Source of the DNA: the human T2T-CHM13v2.0 reference genome, Homo sapiens
Length of the DNA: 64,000 nt
Direction: 5' to 3' (one strand)
NCBI RefSeq assembly: GCF_009914755.1
Contig: NC_060932.1
A program made the position numbers and the translations under genes. The notes under the pieces were generated by a model. It did no database searches, had not been told where the DNA came from, and saw nothing but the letters and a program-made list of their open reading frames with translations. Positions 36,326 to 50,287 of the stretch are shown here, in pieces. The first letter of the stretch is position 1. Every line of letters starts with the position of its first letter.

Positions 36326-39128
36326 TTGTTAAATGTTGCTAACTTGAATTCTAGAGGCAATTTTACAATATTCTAACTGCAATCTCTGCCTTATGGTCAC
36401 TTCAATGGGACATTTCTGAGCTCTTAAATGACTTTAAGCAGACCTGCAGTCACTGAAGAAGTAATTGTACACAAGTCAACTATAGAAATCATTACTTTCA
36501 AACAGCAAGTAAAGGAATGTTTCCTAGATGGATAGGTGCTATACTATTATAGTTTTTGGTATATGTAATTTAATGGCTGCTGAGGTAGACATTCCTTGAC
36601 TTGCTATTACATCTGTTACATCTGTGTTTTGCATCTCCATTTCTATTAAAATATAACTGTAGCTGATTCATATCTCCCATATCCACAGTGTCAAGGGTGG
36701 TGTAGAAGTCATTATCTTTAATAAACCAGTGATGGGTCTTTCTGACACGGTATGTGATGGAATCAGGAATTTGGGGGATTGAGGTCGTGTAAATTTGAGT
36801 TTGGGGACCTTTACGGCAGCATGTGTGAAAAGAAAACGTCAGGATGATGGGAAATAGGTATTAACAGAAAAAAACAATTTATTTAGCATTTCCTATGTGC
36901 CAGGCACTGTATTATCTCATCTAAATTTTAGAAGAAGTTTTTGGGTCACTCTCATGCTCGTTTATGAGGATTCTAACTCTAAGTGCTGTATTTTGCAGAG
37001 AGAGCTGTACATTTGGGAGGCTGGTTGTCCAAGAGTTCAAAGAGGTACCAGATTAATGGCCACTAATTAATATTCTGTATTGTATTGGGGTGACTTTGTT
37101 TGTACTATAAACTTATTTATTCCCACACTTTATGACATTTTGGGGGGACTTGATGAATTGTAAGTTTGTCACTCTATCTCTCCCCTGGGCCATAGAAGGA
37201 CTCAGGTTATGCATTTTCATAATTTGTGGTGGAGATAATTTCCTCCTGCAAACGTTTTGCATGGAGACTATTAAAGGGCCTCACTGCTCTGAGCACTGTC
37301 CATGTCACAAGGTGAGGCCCCAAGAGATGCAGCACAGTAAATGTTCCTGAAAAATTCATCTTCTTAATTTATAGATACGACTTTTGCCTTGAAATCCTGC
37401 CTCCTGATAAGCAGGGGCAGCACAAAAAGGAATTCAAACATTAACTATACTTTTACTGGAGTCAATTCTAACCATTTGTCCCAGCTGCTGCTTTTCTGGG
37501 ATGTAGTATATTTCTTGAGCTCAGTGCCATAGAAAAGCCTCCCCCTCCCTTTAACCCAATGGTCTCAGGAAATGCAGAAGCATCAGGAATTGAAGCTTCT
37601 TCAAGCTTTTGGAGTTAACACCTCTTAAAAACCAAAACATCTCAAGGGCCCTTCTGGCTACCTTGACATTTTTTCACACCTAGGAATATTTTATTTTGCA
37701 GAAAGCTCAGGTGGAGAAAGAGAATGTTCTAGGAGTTACATGGATGTCTGTGACCTTCTCTGCCAGTATTTATTCCTCTTTTGGATCTTTTCCTTGCAGT
37801 TATGTTTGACATTTGTTTTACCTTCCTCAGCCTACATCTAGAACTCCAATGTGCTGATTCTTAGTACCTTTGCGTTCTTTCCTGAGGAAGCTGAGGCAAA
37901 TCAGGTAGGTGAAGGGCCCTTCCTACTTGCTAGAGAAATGCAAAGACTTGCTCTTGTAACATAAAACAGGCTGCAGATCGGGTCTTCCTGCCCTTCAAGA
38001 CTTTCCCACACTGGGTTCCAGGAATTTGAACTGAGTTGTGTAGAATGGGTAAAGCTGGCCCATTATGGAGCATAGAGAGAAAATTCAGTGGTATTCTAGA
38101 TGTGAGTGGGGACAGGGGGAGAAGAACGATGTGAAGCTGTGGGTCCTTGAGAGCAAGGAGAAGCCAGGCAAAAGGATAGCGATGCTGAACTGACAAGCTG
38201 GAGCTGGGGGCTTCTGGAGCACTCCCTGGAGAGGTTCCTGAGGTCATAGGAGGCAAGAGGAGGCATCCCATGAGAGGAATTGGGGCAGGTAGGAGCAGTG
38301 AAAGGAATTTTTGATTGCTTTGGACCGTGAGTATTGGGGTGTGTTACTCTCTTTTTCCTTTCAAAATGGTCTCACCACTCTCCCCATGAGACTGGTCCAA
38401 GACTATACTACACAGGGGTTGTGTGAAGAGTAGTTTTAGCAAAGTAAAGTTTGTGGAGAGCCCATATTTTAAAATTTTCTTGCTTATTCTTATCCTGAAA
38501 ACTTAATTTCGTTAAATGTGCACAATATTAAAAAGTTTTCCTTTAAAATAAATTTCTTCTGAAAGGATGATGATGATGATTGTGTGTGTGTGTGTGTAAA
38601 ATATTTCTATGATTTCTTTTTGTTTTCTTTTTCTTGGTCTTGGTCATTTCAAAAGTTGTCATTAGCTTTATATTCTATCGTACTTCTATCTTAAGGCACT
38701 TAAATTAAAGTATCTTTTATTAAGCTATAAAAGTCATTTTAATTATGCATACTTCTCTTAATTATACCTGTATAAGTAGACACATGTTTACATCTTAACA
38801 AACTAAAACAAAACAAAAACCTTTAGCCATTTTCTCAAAAGCAATCAAATCTAACAAATGAATGGGAATTCATGTTGGTTTTTTCTGAAGAAGTGTTTGG
38901 AATTTGGAATTTGCTTGAAAATGGAAATGAAATGCCATGTTTCTATAAGCATTTCCTTTCAGTGTATTTTGCTTAAATATCAATGGTAAACGTGTTTGTG
39001 TAAATATAACTATCACAAACCTCATCACATAGTAACTCTCAGAATCTTGGTGTTCATTAAATAGATTTCTGTATCTTTCCTGTACCTATTTAAATATGAT
39101 CTCATTTCCTTCAGCTGCAGATACTGGC

Positions 39129-39190
39129 AAGGAAGGAAGGAAAGAAAGAAGGAAAGAAGGAAGGAAGGAAGGAAGGAAGGAAGGAAGGGA
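39129..39190. repeat. (GGAA)n purine microsatellite
   Basis: Read directly. Confidence 0.95.
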
Positions 39191-39259
39191 AATAAGAAAA
39201 GTCTGTTGATTTTTTCTATCGAATGACCAAGAGGAAAATTTACTAAAAACTATATTATT

Positions 39260-39708
39260 TGACAAAGCCAAATAAAATATGTAGACAAATCTCTAAATTT
39301 AACGTCTTATTTAGGATACAATAATTGTAATTTGGGGCATACATGCAGACTGATTGGTACATCCAAAGAACAAAGAGAAGGTTGGAGGTTTTATAAAAAG
39401 GAGAAATGTTACGTACTGTTTTTCAAGAAAGTTCATTATCACTAGCAAAGTTTTGGGGAGCTAGAAAGCTCTGACTGGTAAATGAGAATGGTAGGTAAAA
39501 CTAGTCTTAGAATTGTAGCACGTTGTTTCAGAAGCCATGAAATAAAACTAGTTTCAAGTTATAGCAGGCAGTTTCAGCAGCCAGGCTGGCAGAGAATTAC
39601 ATTCTTGGAGCAATGTTATTTGCCTGACTGCTTTCAATCCCTGGCTTTTCCACTCTGTTTTACTTGGGTATGATTAGAATGACCCACTTTGTATGATCAA
39701 TTTTCACA
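39260..39708 (-). mobile_element. ERV solo LTR of about 450 bp (LTR47-like; family uncertain)
   Basis: TG..CA termini. The reverse strand begins tgtgaaaattgatcatacaaagtgggtcattct and contains ttttataaaacctccaaccttctctttgttctttgga. Confidence 0.65.
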
Positions 39709-39909
39709 TCCTGTATAGGAAAAATAAAATTTGTTTATATCAAAACTCTAGTAAGCATCCTTAAGATAAGACATTCTCTGGTTCTCTGTAATATTCTATT
39801 TACTTAGACAATACTAATAAATTAAAACAGAAACGCCTTAATTGTAGTTCAATTGTTTTTCATTGTAGAAATGCTGGCCAGAGGGGATCTCAAACACAGA
39901 AAACTAAAC

Positions 39910-40215
39910 ACATTCAGTTCAACATGTATTGAGGTTTTACCATCATGTATCAGTCATTGTCAAACACTAGAGATACAAAGGAGACAGGGTCCCTGTCTTT
40001 GAAAAATTCATATTAACTAGTGAATGCAGAGGGGAAAAAAACCCTCAAAAACAATGTAATTTCTATAACTGAAGCTTCCAACAAGTTTCATGAGAAACAA
40101 ATGATTGATATATTTTGGAGGAGGGATGTACTTTGAATAATAAGTTGAATTTTCCAGGTAAAGAGGAAAAGTGCATTTCATCTCAAGACAGGAAAATGTG
40201 CTTGAGGAGCAAGTG
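39910..40215 (-). mobile_element. L2 3' fragment
   Basis: cattcagttcaacatgtattgag...ctagagatacaaag...ggtccctgtctttg. Confidence 0.6.
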
Positions 40216-41881
40216 TAACTGTCATAGAATGTCATATAAATGATAGTGTAATATATGTAGTCTTTTTTATCTGTTTTTTTCACTTAGAATAATGCTTTTG
40301 ATGTTCATTCATATAATTGCATGTATCCATAATTCATTTTGTTATAGCTAGAGAGTATTCCCTTGTATGGATATACAGTATGACAATTATATATTCCTTC
40401 ATTAGTTGATGGACATTTGGCAAGTGTTTGTGGACATATGTTTTTATTTTTATTCTTTAAATGCTTAGCAGTGGAATTTCTAGATTGAATGATAAGTGTA
40501 GGTTTAATTTTATAATAATTACCAAATAGATTTCTAAAATGGCTGCAGCATTTCTCATTCCTACTGGCAACGTATGAGAGTTCCTGTTGTTCTGCATCCC
40601 TTCCAACACTTGATATCGTCAGTATATTAAATTTTTAGCTATTGCAGTAGGAATGCAGTGGTATCTCATTGTGGTATTAACTTACAATTCTCTAATTCAT
40701 AAGGTTCAACATTTTTGACATGTGCCTATTTGCTATTCATATATCTTCTTTGTTGAAATATTTGTTAACTATTAAGCCCATTTTAAACAATTGGTTGTCT
40801 TCATAAATATTCACTATATATTTTCAAATATTTTATATGTTCTGGTTATAAGTTCTTCATGAGATATATGGTTTTCAAACATTTTCTCCCATTCTGTGGC
40901 TGCCTTTTAATTTATTTTACATTTATTTTGAGGAACATTTTTAATTTTGATAAAATTTAATTCATCAGTATTTAACAGCATTTTGATTTTTTACAGTTTG
41001 TGTCGCAAAGTCACAAAGAGTGCCTCTATGTTTGCTTTCAGACATTTTACAGTTTGCCTCTTATAATTTGTTTTATAATCTATTTTGAGAAAATTTATGG
41101 ATTTGATGTTGAGCAAGAGTTGAGGTTTTTTTTCCACATGTATAATCTAACTTCTCTAGCACAATTTATGTAGATGATTATTTTATACCCATTGGATTAC
41201 CTGAATTATCTTGGCACACTGTAGAAAATCGATTGATTTTGTGGGTGTCTAATTCTGGTTTCTATTTCATTGATTCAATGTTTATTCTTTTGCCAACTCC
41301 ACACTGCTTTAAAACAGTAGCTTTATTCTAAATCCTGAAATCAGGTAGTATAAATCATCCAACTTTGTTTTGCTTTAGAATCCTTCTTGATATTCTACTT
41401 CTCTTGCAATTCCATAAATTTTAAAATTAATTTATAAATTTTATTCCAAACGTCTGCTGGGATTTTGGTTAAGGTTTTGTTGTATCTCAATATGAATTTG
41501 GGGGTTTTGACAATATTGAGTCTTCTAATCTATGCATATACCATTTCTCCCCATTGAGCTAGCTCTTTAATTTTTTGAAGCAATCATATGTAGTTTTCAG
41601 TACAACTCTTGAGTATCTGTTGTTAAATTTGCCCCAAGTATTTCATGTCTTTAAATGCTGTTTTGAATGGTATTTTAATTTTGATTTCCAGTTGTCTGAT
41701 ACCAGCCCATGCAAATAGAGATGATTTTTGTAATAGTGATCCTTTATCCATCCACCTTTTCAATTAATTCATGCTACTAGCTTTTTCGAGGGTTACTTAG
41801 GATTTTTCTAGATAGAGGACTATGTCGTATGAAAATAAAAACAGTCCAATCTCTATGTCTTTTATTTATTTTATTTATTTA

Positions 41882-42259
<378 letters not shown>

Positions 42260-42739
42260 TTAGAAAATATTTTCACCTGGTTTAAAATCAGTGGTGGTGA
42301 GAGATATTCTTGCCTTGATCTTAGTCTTAGTGGGAAAGCCTTAAATTTTTCACCATTAAATTTGTTGTTGGTAGTAGGATTTTTGTAAATATTCTTTGTC
42401 AGCTTGAGGAAATTCCTTTCTATTCCTGGTTTGCTGAGAATTTCTACCATGAGCGGGTATCAAATTTTGTTAAATGCTTTTTATGCACTAATTGAGAGGA
42501 TTGTATGATTTGTTTTATTTTGTTTTAATATATTCATATAGTGAATTACATTAATTTTTAGATGTGAAACCAACTTTGCATTAATTGGATAAACCAAAAA
42601 AGATCATGATATTTTATACTTTATATATTTATTTAACTAGGTGGAATTTTTAAATTTTTTGTTGACAATATTTGCATATATATTATGAGTACAGGAGCCT
42701 ATAGTTGTTTCTTATTTAAAAGTCTTTTGTCTGGTTTTG

Positions 42740-44985
42740 CCCTCAGTAAAATCAGCATAGAAGGGACTTACCTTAATGTAGTAAAAGCCACCTATGACAA
42801 ACCCAACATAATACTGAATGGGGAAAAATTGAAAGCACTCCCCCTGAGAACTAGAACAAGACAAGGATGTCCACTTTCACCAGTTCTATTCAACATAGTA
42901 CTGGAAGTTCTAGCCAGAGCAATCAGACAAGATAAAGAAATAAAGGACATCCAAACCAGTAAAGAGAAGTCTAACTGTAGCTGTTTGCTGATATGATTGT
43001 ATACCTAGAAACCCTAAAGACTCCTCCAAAAAGTTCCTAGAACTGATAAATGCAGCAAAGTTTCAAGATAGAAAATCAATGTGCATAAATTAGCAGCTCT
43101 GCTATACATCAACAGCAACCAAGCTGATAATCAAATAAAGAACTCAAACTCTTTTATAATAGGTGAAAAAAATAAAATATTTAGGAATATACCTAACCAA
43201 GGAGGTGAAAGACCTCTACAAGGAAAACTGCAATCTATTACTGCTGAATGAAATCATAGATGACACAAACAAACTGAAACACATCCTATGCTCATTGATG
43301 GGTAGAATAAATATTGTGAAAATGACCATACTGCCAAAAGCAATCTACAAATTTAATGCAGTTCCCATCAAAATACCACCATCATTCATCACAGAACTAA
43401 AAAAAAAAAATCCTAAGATTCATATGGAACCAAAAAGGAGCCCACATAGTGAAAGCAAGACCATGCAAAAAGAAAAAATCTAGAGGCATCACATTACCTG
43501 ACTTCAAACTATACTATAAGACCATAATCACCAAGACAGCATGGTACTCGTATAAAAATAGGCACATAGACCGATGGAACAGAATAGAGAACCCACAAAT
43601 AAAGGCAAATACTTACAGCCAACTAATCTTCCACAAAGCAAACAAAAACATAAAGTAGGAAAATTACACTCTATTCAACAAATGGTGCTGGGATAATTGG
43701 CAAGTCACATGTAGAGGAAGGAAACTGGATACTCATCTCTCACGTTATACAAAAATCAACTCAAGATGAATCCAGGACTTAAATCTGAGACCTGAACCAT
43801 AAACATACTAGAAGATAACATCAGAAAAACACTTCTAGACACTGACTTACGCAAAGACTTCATGACCAATAACCCGAAAGCAAATGCAACAAAGACAAAT
43901 ATAAAAATAAATGAGACTTAGTTAAACTAAAAAGCTTCTGCACAACAAAAGAAACAATCAGCAGAGAAAACAGATAACCCACAGAGTGGGAGAAAATCTT
44001 CACATTTTGTGCATCTGACAAAGGACTAACATCCGGAATCTACAAGGAACTCAAACAAATTAGCAAGAAGAAACGATACAGTTCCATCAAAAAGTGGGCT
44101 AAGGACATGAATACACAATTCTCAAAAGAAGATATACAAATGGCCAACAAACATATGAAAAAATGCTCAACATTACTAATCATCAGGGAAATGCAAATCA
44201 AAACCACAGTATGATACAACCTTGCTCTTGCAAGAATGGCCATAATCAAAAAATTAAAAAAAATAGATGTTGATGGGGATGTGGTGAAAAAGGAAAACTT
44301 TTACACTGCTGGTGGGAATGTAAACTAGTAAAACTGCCATGAAAAACAGTATGGAGATTCCTTAAGGAAATACAAATAGAACTACCATTTGATCCAGGAA
44401 TCCTACTACTGGGTATATACCCAGAAGAAAAGAGTTGTTATACGAAAAAGATACTTGCACATGCATGTTTATAGCAGCAATTGCAAAAATATGGAACCAG
44501 CTGAAATGCCCTTCAATCAATGAGTGGATAATGAAATTGTGAGATATATATATATCTTGTATGTATATATATATATATATATATACACACCATGGAATAC
44601 TACTTAGCCATAAAAAGGATCAAAATAATGGCATTAGCAGTGACATGGATGGAATTGGAGACCATTATTCTAAGTGAAGTAACTCAGGAATGGAAAACCA
44701 AACATTGTATGTTCTCACTCATAAGTGGGATCTAATATATGAGGATGCAAAGGCATAGGAATGATAAAATGGACTTTGAGGACTTAGGGGGAAAGGGTGG
44801 GAGGGGATGAAGGATAAAAGATTACAAATTAGGTACAGTGTATACTGCTAGGGTGATGGGTGCACCAAAATCTCAGAAATCACCTCTAAAGAACTTATGT
44901 ATGCAAATATCACCTGTTCCCCCAAAATGTATAGAAATAAAAAAAAATTAAATCACCACTAGACTAATTGTTGCCTACAAAAAAA
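42740..44985 (+). mobile_element. 5'-truncated L1PB (L1PB1-like), ORF2 pseudogene plus 3' UTR
   Basis: ORF2 peptides [42 protein letters not shown] and [13 protein letters not shown]1PB-type 3' end (gaggatgcaaaggcat...gggtgatgggtgcaccaaaatctc). TSD aaaa(g/a)tcttttgtctggttttg at 42718-42739 and 44981-45002. Confidence 0.9.
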
Positions 44986-45479
44986 TCTTTTGTCTGGTTT
45001 TGTATCATTTTATAATATGTCTCCTTTATATATTTATTTAGCTGAATGGAAGTTTAAAAATTTTTGTTAAAGGTATTTGCATATATGTTATGAATGTAAG
45101 AATCTATAGTTGTTTCTTTTTTAAAAGTCTTTTGTCTGGTTTTGTATAATGTTAGAATATGGCTCCTTTTCTATTTTTTAGAGGTATTGGTTTAGAATTG
45201 ATATTATTCCATCCCTGAATATTTAGTAGACTTCAGTACTGAAGTCTTCTGAGTGTGACATTTTCACTGTAGAAAAGATTTTAGCTGCAAATTCGATGTC
45301 TTTAAAAGATAGAAGGCTATACTAATTATGTATTACTGCTCAAGTCAGCTTCTTTAACTTATTTCTATAAAAAATTGTCCACTTCATTCAAGTGGCCAAA
45401 TTTATTGCTATATAGTTATTTTTAATATTTCCTTATTATCTGTTTAATATATGATTAATCTGTGATATTATTGCCTCCT

Positions 45480-47756
45480 TCATATGGTTTGGCTCTGTGT
45501 CCCCACCCAAATCTCATCTTGAATTGTACTCCTATAAATCCCATGTGTTGTGGGAGGGACCTGGTGGGAGATAATTTGAATCATGGGGGTGGTTTCCTAC
45601 ACACTATTCTCGTGGTAGTGAACAAGCCTCACGAGATTTGATGATTTTATCAGGGGTTTCCACTTTTGCATCTCCCTCATTTCTCTTGCCACTGCCATGT
45701 AACTAGTGCCTTTCACATCCCGTCATGATTTTAAGGCCTCCCCAGCCATGTAGAACTGTAAGTCCAATTAAACCTCTTTTTCTTCCCAGCCTTAGGATGT
45801 CTTTATCAGCGTGTGAAAATGAACTAATACAGTAAATTGATACCAGAAGTGGGGTACTGCTGAACAGATACCCGAAAATGTGGAAGCAACTCTGGAACTA
45901 GGTAACAAGCAGGTGTTGGAACAGTTTGGAGGGCTCAGAAGAAGATAGGAAAATGTGGGAAGGTTTGGAACTTCCCAGAGAGATTTGTTGAATAGCTTTG
46001 CCCAAAATTCTGATAGTAATATGGACAATAAAGTACAGGCCTGGGTGGTTTCAGATGTAAATGAAAAACTTGTTGTGTACTGGAATAAAGGTGGCTCTTG
46101 TTATGTTTTAGCAAAGAGACTGGCGGCATTTTGCCCCTGCCCTAGAGATTTGTGGAATTTTGAACTTGAGAGAGATGATTTAGGGTAACTGGCAGAAGAA
46201 ATTTCTAAGCAGCAAAGCATTCAAGAGATGATTTGGGTGCTATTAAAGGCATTCAGTTTTATAAGGATAGCAGAGCATAAAAGTTTGGAAAATTTGCAAC
46301 CAGACAATGCAATAGAAAAGAAAATCACATTTACTGAAGAGAAATTCAAGCTGGCTGTAGAAATTTGCATAAGTAATGAGGAGCCGAATGTTAATCCTCA
46401 CAACACTGGCAAAAATGTCTCCAGAGCATGACAGAGACCTTTACAGCAGCTCCTCCCATCACAGGCCCAGAGGCCTAGGAGAATAAAGTGGTTTTGTGAG
46501 CTGGGCCCAGAGTCCCTTGCTGCATGCAGCCTAGGGACTTGGTGCCCTGTGTTGCAGCCACTCCAGCTGTGGTTGAAAAGGGGCAATGTAGAGCTCGGAC
46601 CATGGCTTCAGAGGGTGCAAGTCTCAAGCCTTGGCAGCTTCCATGTGGTGTTGCACCTAACAATTCACAGAAGTCAGGAATTGGGGTTTGGGAACCTCCA
46701 CCTAGATTTTAGAAGATGTATGGAAATGCCTGGATGCCCAGGCAGAAGTTTTCTGCAGTGACAGGGCTCTCATGGAGAACCTCTGCTAGGGCAGTGCAGA
46801 AGGGAAATGTGAGGTTGGAGTCCCCACACAGAGTCCCAAATGGGGCACTGCCTAGTGGAGCTGTGAGAAGAGGGCCACTGTCCTCCAACATTCAGAATGA
46901 AAGATCCACCTGCAGCTTGCACTGTGTGCCTGGAAAAGCCACTGACACTCAACGCCAGGCCAGGAAAGCAACCAGGAGGGGGGCTGTGCCCTGAAAAGCC
47001 ACAGGGACAGAGCTGCCCAAGACCACAGGAACCCACCTCTTGCATTAGTGTGACCCGGATGTGAGACCTGGAGTCAAAGGAGATCATTTTGGAGATTTAA
47101 AATTTGACTACATCACTGGATTTTGGACTTGCATGGGGCCTGTAACCCCTTTGTTTTGGCCCATTTCTCCCATTTGGAATGGCTGTATTTACTCAATACC
47201 TGTACCCCCACTGTATCTAGCAAGTAACTAGGTTTCTTTTGATTTTACGGGCTCATAGGCAAAAGGGACTTGCCTTGTCTCAGATGAGACTTTGGACTAT
47301 GGACTTTTGGGTTAATGCTGAAAGAAGTTAAAACTTTGGGGGACTGTTGGGAAGGCATGATTGGTTTTGAAATATGAGTACATGAGATTTGGAGGGGCCA
47401 GTGGTGGAATGATATGGTTTGGCTCTCTGTCCCCACCCAAATCTCAACTTGAATTATACTCCCATAATTCCCACATGCTGTGGGAGGGACCTAGTAGGAG
47501 ACAATTTGAATCATGGGGGGTTCCCCCCTCCTATTCTCATAGTGGTGAATAAGTCTCATGAGATCTGATGGTTTTATCAGGGGTTTCCACTTTTGTATCT
47601 CCCTTATTTTCTCTTGCCACCATGTAAGAAGTGTCTTTCACCTCCTGCCATGATTCTGAGGCCTCCCCGGACATGTGGAACTGTAAGTCCAATTAAACCT
47701 TTTTCTTCCCTATCTTCGGTATGTCTTTATCAGCAGTGTGAAAAAGAACTTATGCA
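45480..47756 (+). mobile_element. Full-length THE1 (THE1A-like) MaLR: LTR 45480-45831, internal 45832-47409, LTR 47410-47756
   Basis: Two ~350-bp direct LTRs. The internal part starts gtaaattgatacc and carries a decayed ORF (LAKRLAAFCPCPRDLWNFELERDDLG). Perfect 5-bp TSD CTCCT at 45475-45479 and 47757-47761. Confidence 0.95.
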
Positions 47757-48520
47757 CTCCTTAATTCCTGAAATTGCCAATTTTTTTCTTGATAGTTTCA
47801 CTAGAGTTGTATCAGTGTTGTTCATCTTTTCAATAAGCCGTCTTCTGATTTTTCTCTTTTTCTTTGTTGCATTTATTCTATTGCATGGATTTATGTTCTT
47901 GTCTTTATTATTTCACTCCCTCTGCTTACTTAGGGTTTAATTTATTCTTGTTTCACTAGCTCTTTTAAGGTACAACCTCAAATCATTAATACAAAGCCTT
48001 TTTTTCTTTTCTAATACAACTATTCAGTTACATCTACCAGGTTTTGATATGTGATATTATGATTTTAACCTAGTTCAATTTTTTTTTATTTCTCTTGTGA
48101 TTTCTTCTGTAATGCATAGGTTATTTGGAGCCTGTTGTATAATTTCAAATATTTAAGAAATTTTCATATATTTTGCTGTTACTCATTTCTAGGTTAATTC
48201 TGTTACATTTAGAGAACATCCTTTGTATGAGTGTAACCCCCTTACATTTATTGAATCTCGTTTTATGGCCCAGAATATTTTATGTGCATTTGAAAGGTGT
48301 GGGTTTTCTATTGTTGGGTAGAGTGCTCTATAAATATCATTAGACAACATTGTTTGATGAGGTTTTCAAGTGTCTAGATTTTTTTCTGATCTTCACAATT
48401 CTAGCAATTGCTGGGCATTTTCTGTGGAAATCTCCAAGGATAGTTTGGATTTGTCTATTTTATTTTTCAATTCTACCAGTTTTTGCTTCTTACATTTTGA
48501 TGCTTATTATTAGATACAAA

Positions 48521-49988
48521 TGTCACAGGATCCTTAGGGTGTCATTTTCCCAGCTGGAAACCTCTGTGGCCGGTGGCACCTTTGCCCAAGTTTTGCTTGG
48601 GCACACTGGGCTTGTTCTGCCCACTCAGCCTGGCAGACTGTGTTTGGCTCATGCTACTGGCCTGTATCCCACAACTGCCAAGTGCAAGCCAGGTGTGGAG
48701 TGGTGAGGGGTGTATGAGTGAGTGAGCACGAGATCTGACCACTGAGAAACCCAGTCATGCCAGCTGTGGAGAAGGCAGCTCCAGGTGCTAGCACAGGCAC
48801 CGGCTCCCTGCGAGGCTGTGGCTGGACAAGGCATACTGCAAGCAGCTTCCAGGGTTGGCACTGGGAATGCAGTGGCACCCAGAAACCTGGAGAAGCCAGA
48901 AACCACAGAGCCTCAAAGAGGGTGTCACAGCTCTGGCTCAGTGACCTCCTAAATCTGTGCTCCCTGAAGGGCTACAGCTCTTCTGTCCTTCTTGTCACCT
49001 GCAACATGGCAAGCAGGAGGCATGTTTCAGACCTGTTTGTGTTACAGCTCTTTCAGCCCCACCATTAGGTGGGTTCTTGTGTTCTTGTCTCATGTCCAGG
49101 AAGAATGAGGTACACAGACAAGTGAAGGGTGAGCAAGGTGAAGAGGTGATTTATTGAGCAACAGAACAGCTCAGAGGAGACCCACAGTGGGAAGCTCCTC
49201 TCTGCAGGAAGGTTATCCCATTGTCTGCCTGAGTCTGGCTGAGTTGGGGGGTGTTACTGGTTTCAGAGGGGAGGAAGTGCATGCTGATTGTTCCATGGAC
49301 AGCCATGGGCGGGCTGGAAAAAGCACCATAAGTTATCACTCTGGTCTGGGCAACTGGCAGCCCATCCCACTGGCCTCAGGCTGTTCCTGGCCTGAAGGTG
49401 GGGTTTCACTGGGGATCTGCCCCTTTCCACCCAGAGTGTATTTGCCTCCTGCTGCCATTAAGCTGCTATCCGTGGTGCCCATGGCACCCAGGCTGCTGAT
49501 GCCGAAGGGTGTCTGCAGGTCCGTGGTGAGCCACCCTTAGCCCCTCTTCAGCCTCTGTCTCATGCTTGTGGGTATGCAGGGGACTAAGGCAGCAGGGAGC
49601 TGGCATGTCAGCACTGCCCCAATCACTCACACAGCAGGCCAGGTAGTGACAGTGCCCAGGCTCAGCCACAGCTTCGCTCTGAAATTGGAGCAGGTGCCAG
49701 GAGTGGGAGAGGCCAGGCAGTGGGAGCATGCATTTCCAAGCCTGTGGGGGAAGAGGGACTTCCCAGGCCTGGGAGAGTGCAGAAATTCCAGGTCCGGAGC
49801 TGTGGGTGGGCATGTGCAGCTGTGCCCAGAACAGTGGGGCTCCCGCCCCTCCAACTTGGAAGTGGGTGGGACTTCTGCCTGTTCCCAGCTCCCACCGTCT
49901 CCCTGGAGCACACAGCCCCAACAGCTCCTCCCCCACTACAGCCAGCATCATGCAAACGGCCACTCCAGATGGACTGCTGCTGCCATCA
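48521..49988 (-). mobile_element. MER52-family (ERV1) solo LTR, about 1.47 kb
   Basis: GC-rich, with TG..CA termini. The reverse strand starts tgatggcagcagcagtccatctggagtggcc and ends accctaaggatcctgtgaca. Confidence 0.8.
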
Positions 49989-50287
49989 TGAACACATTTA
50001 GTATTATTGTAAATGTCTTCTTGATGAAACAACTCTTTTATCATTATAAAATGTTCTCTTTAAATGTGATACTAATCCTTGTTCTAAAATCTATTTTTTT
50101 CTGATACAGACATAGCTATTCTAGCTTTTTTTAAATTTATGCTTAACGTATAGCTTTTAAAAATAGTTTTATTATTAACTTATTTAGGTCATTGTATTTA
50201 AAAGTATCTCATATAGGCAGGGTAGAGTTGAGTTTTGCTTTTTTATCCAGTCTGACAATCTCTTCCTTTTAATTTGAATGTTTAGAC

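Noticed and set aside
42685-43658. RT-like ORFs as an active retroelement or novel RT system
   Set aside because: Frameshifted, 5'-truncated L1PB ORF2, an ordinary dead LINE.
45792-47940. ORFs across 45.8-47.9 kb
   Set aside because: Fragments of the decayed THE1 internal ORF and LTRs.
48542-50104. Many overlapping 60-190-aa ORFs
   Set aside because: They lie in the GC-rich, stop-poor MER52 LTR and are not genes.
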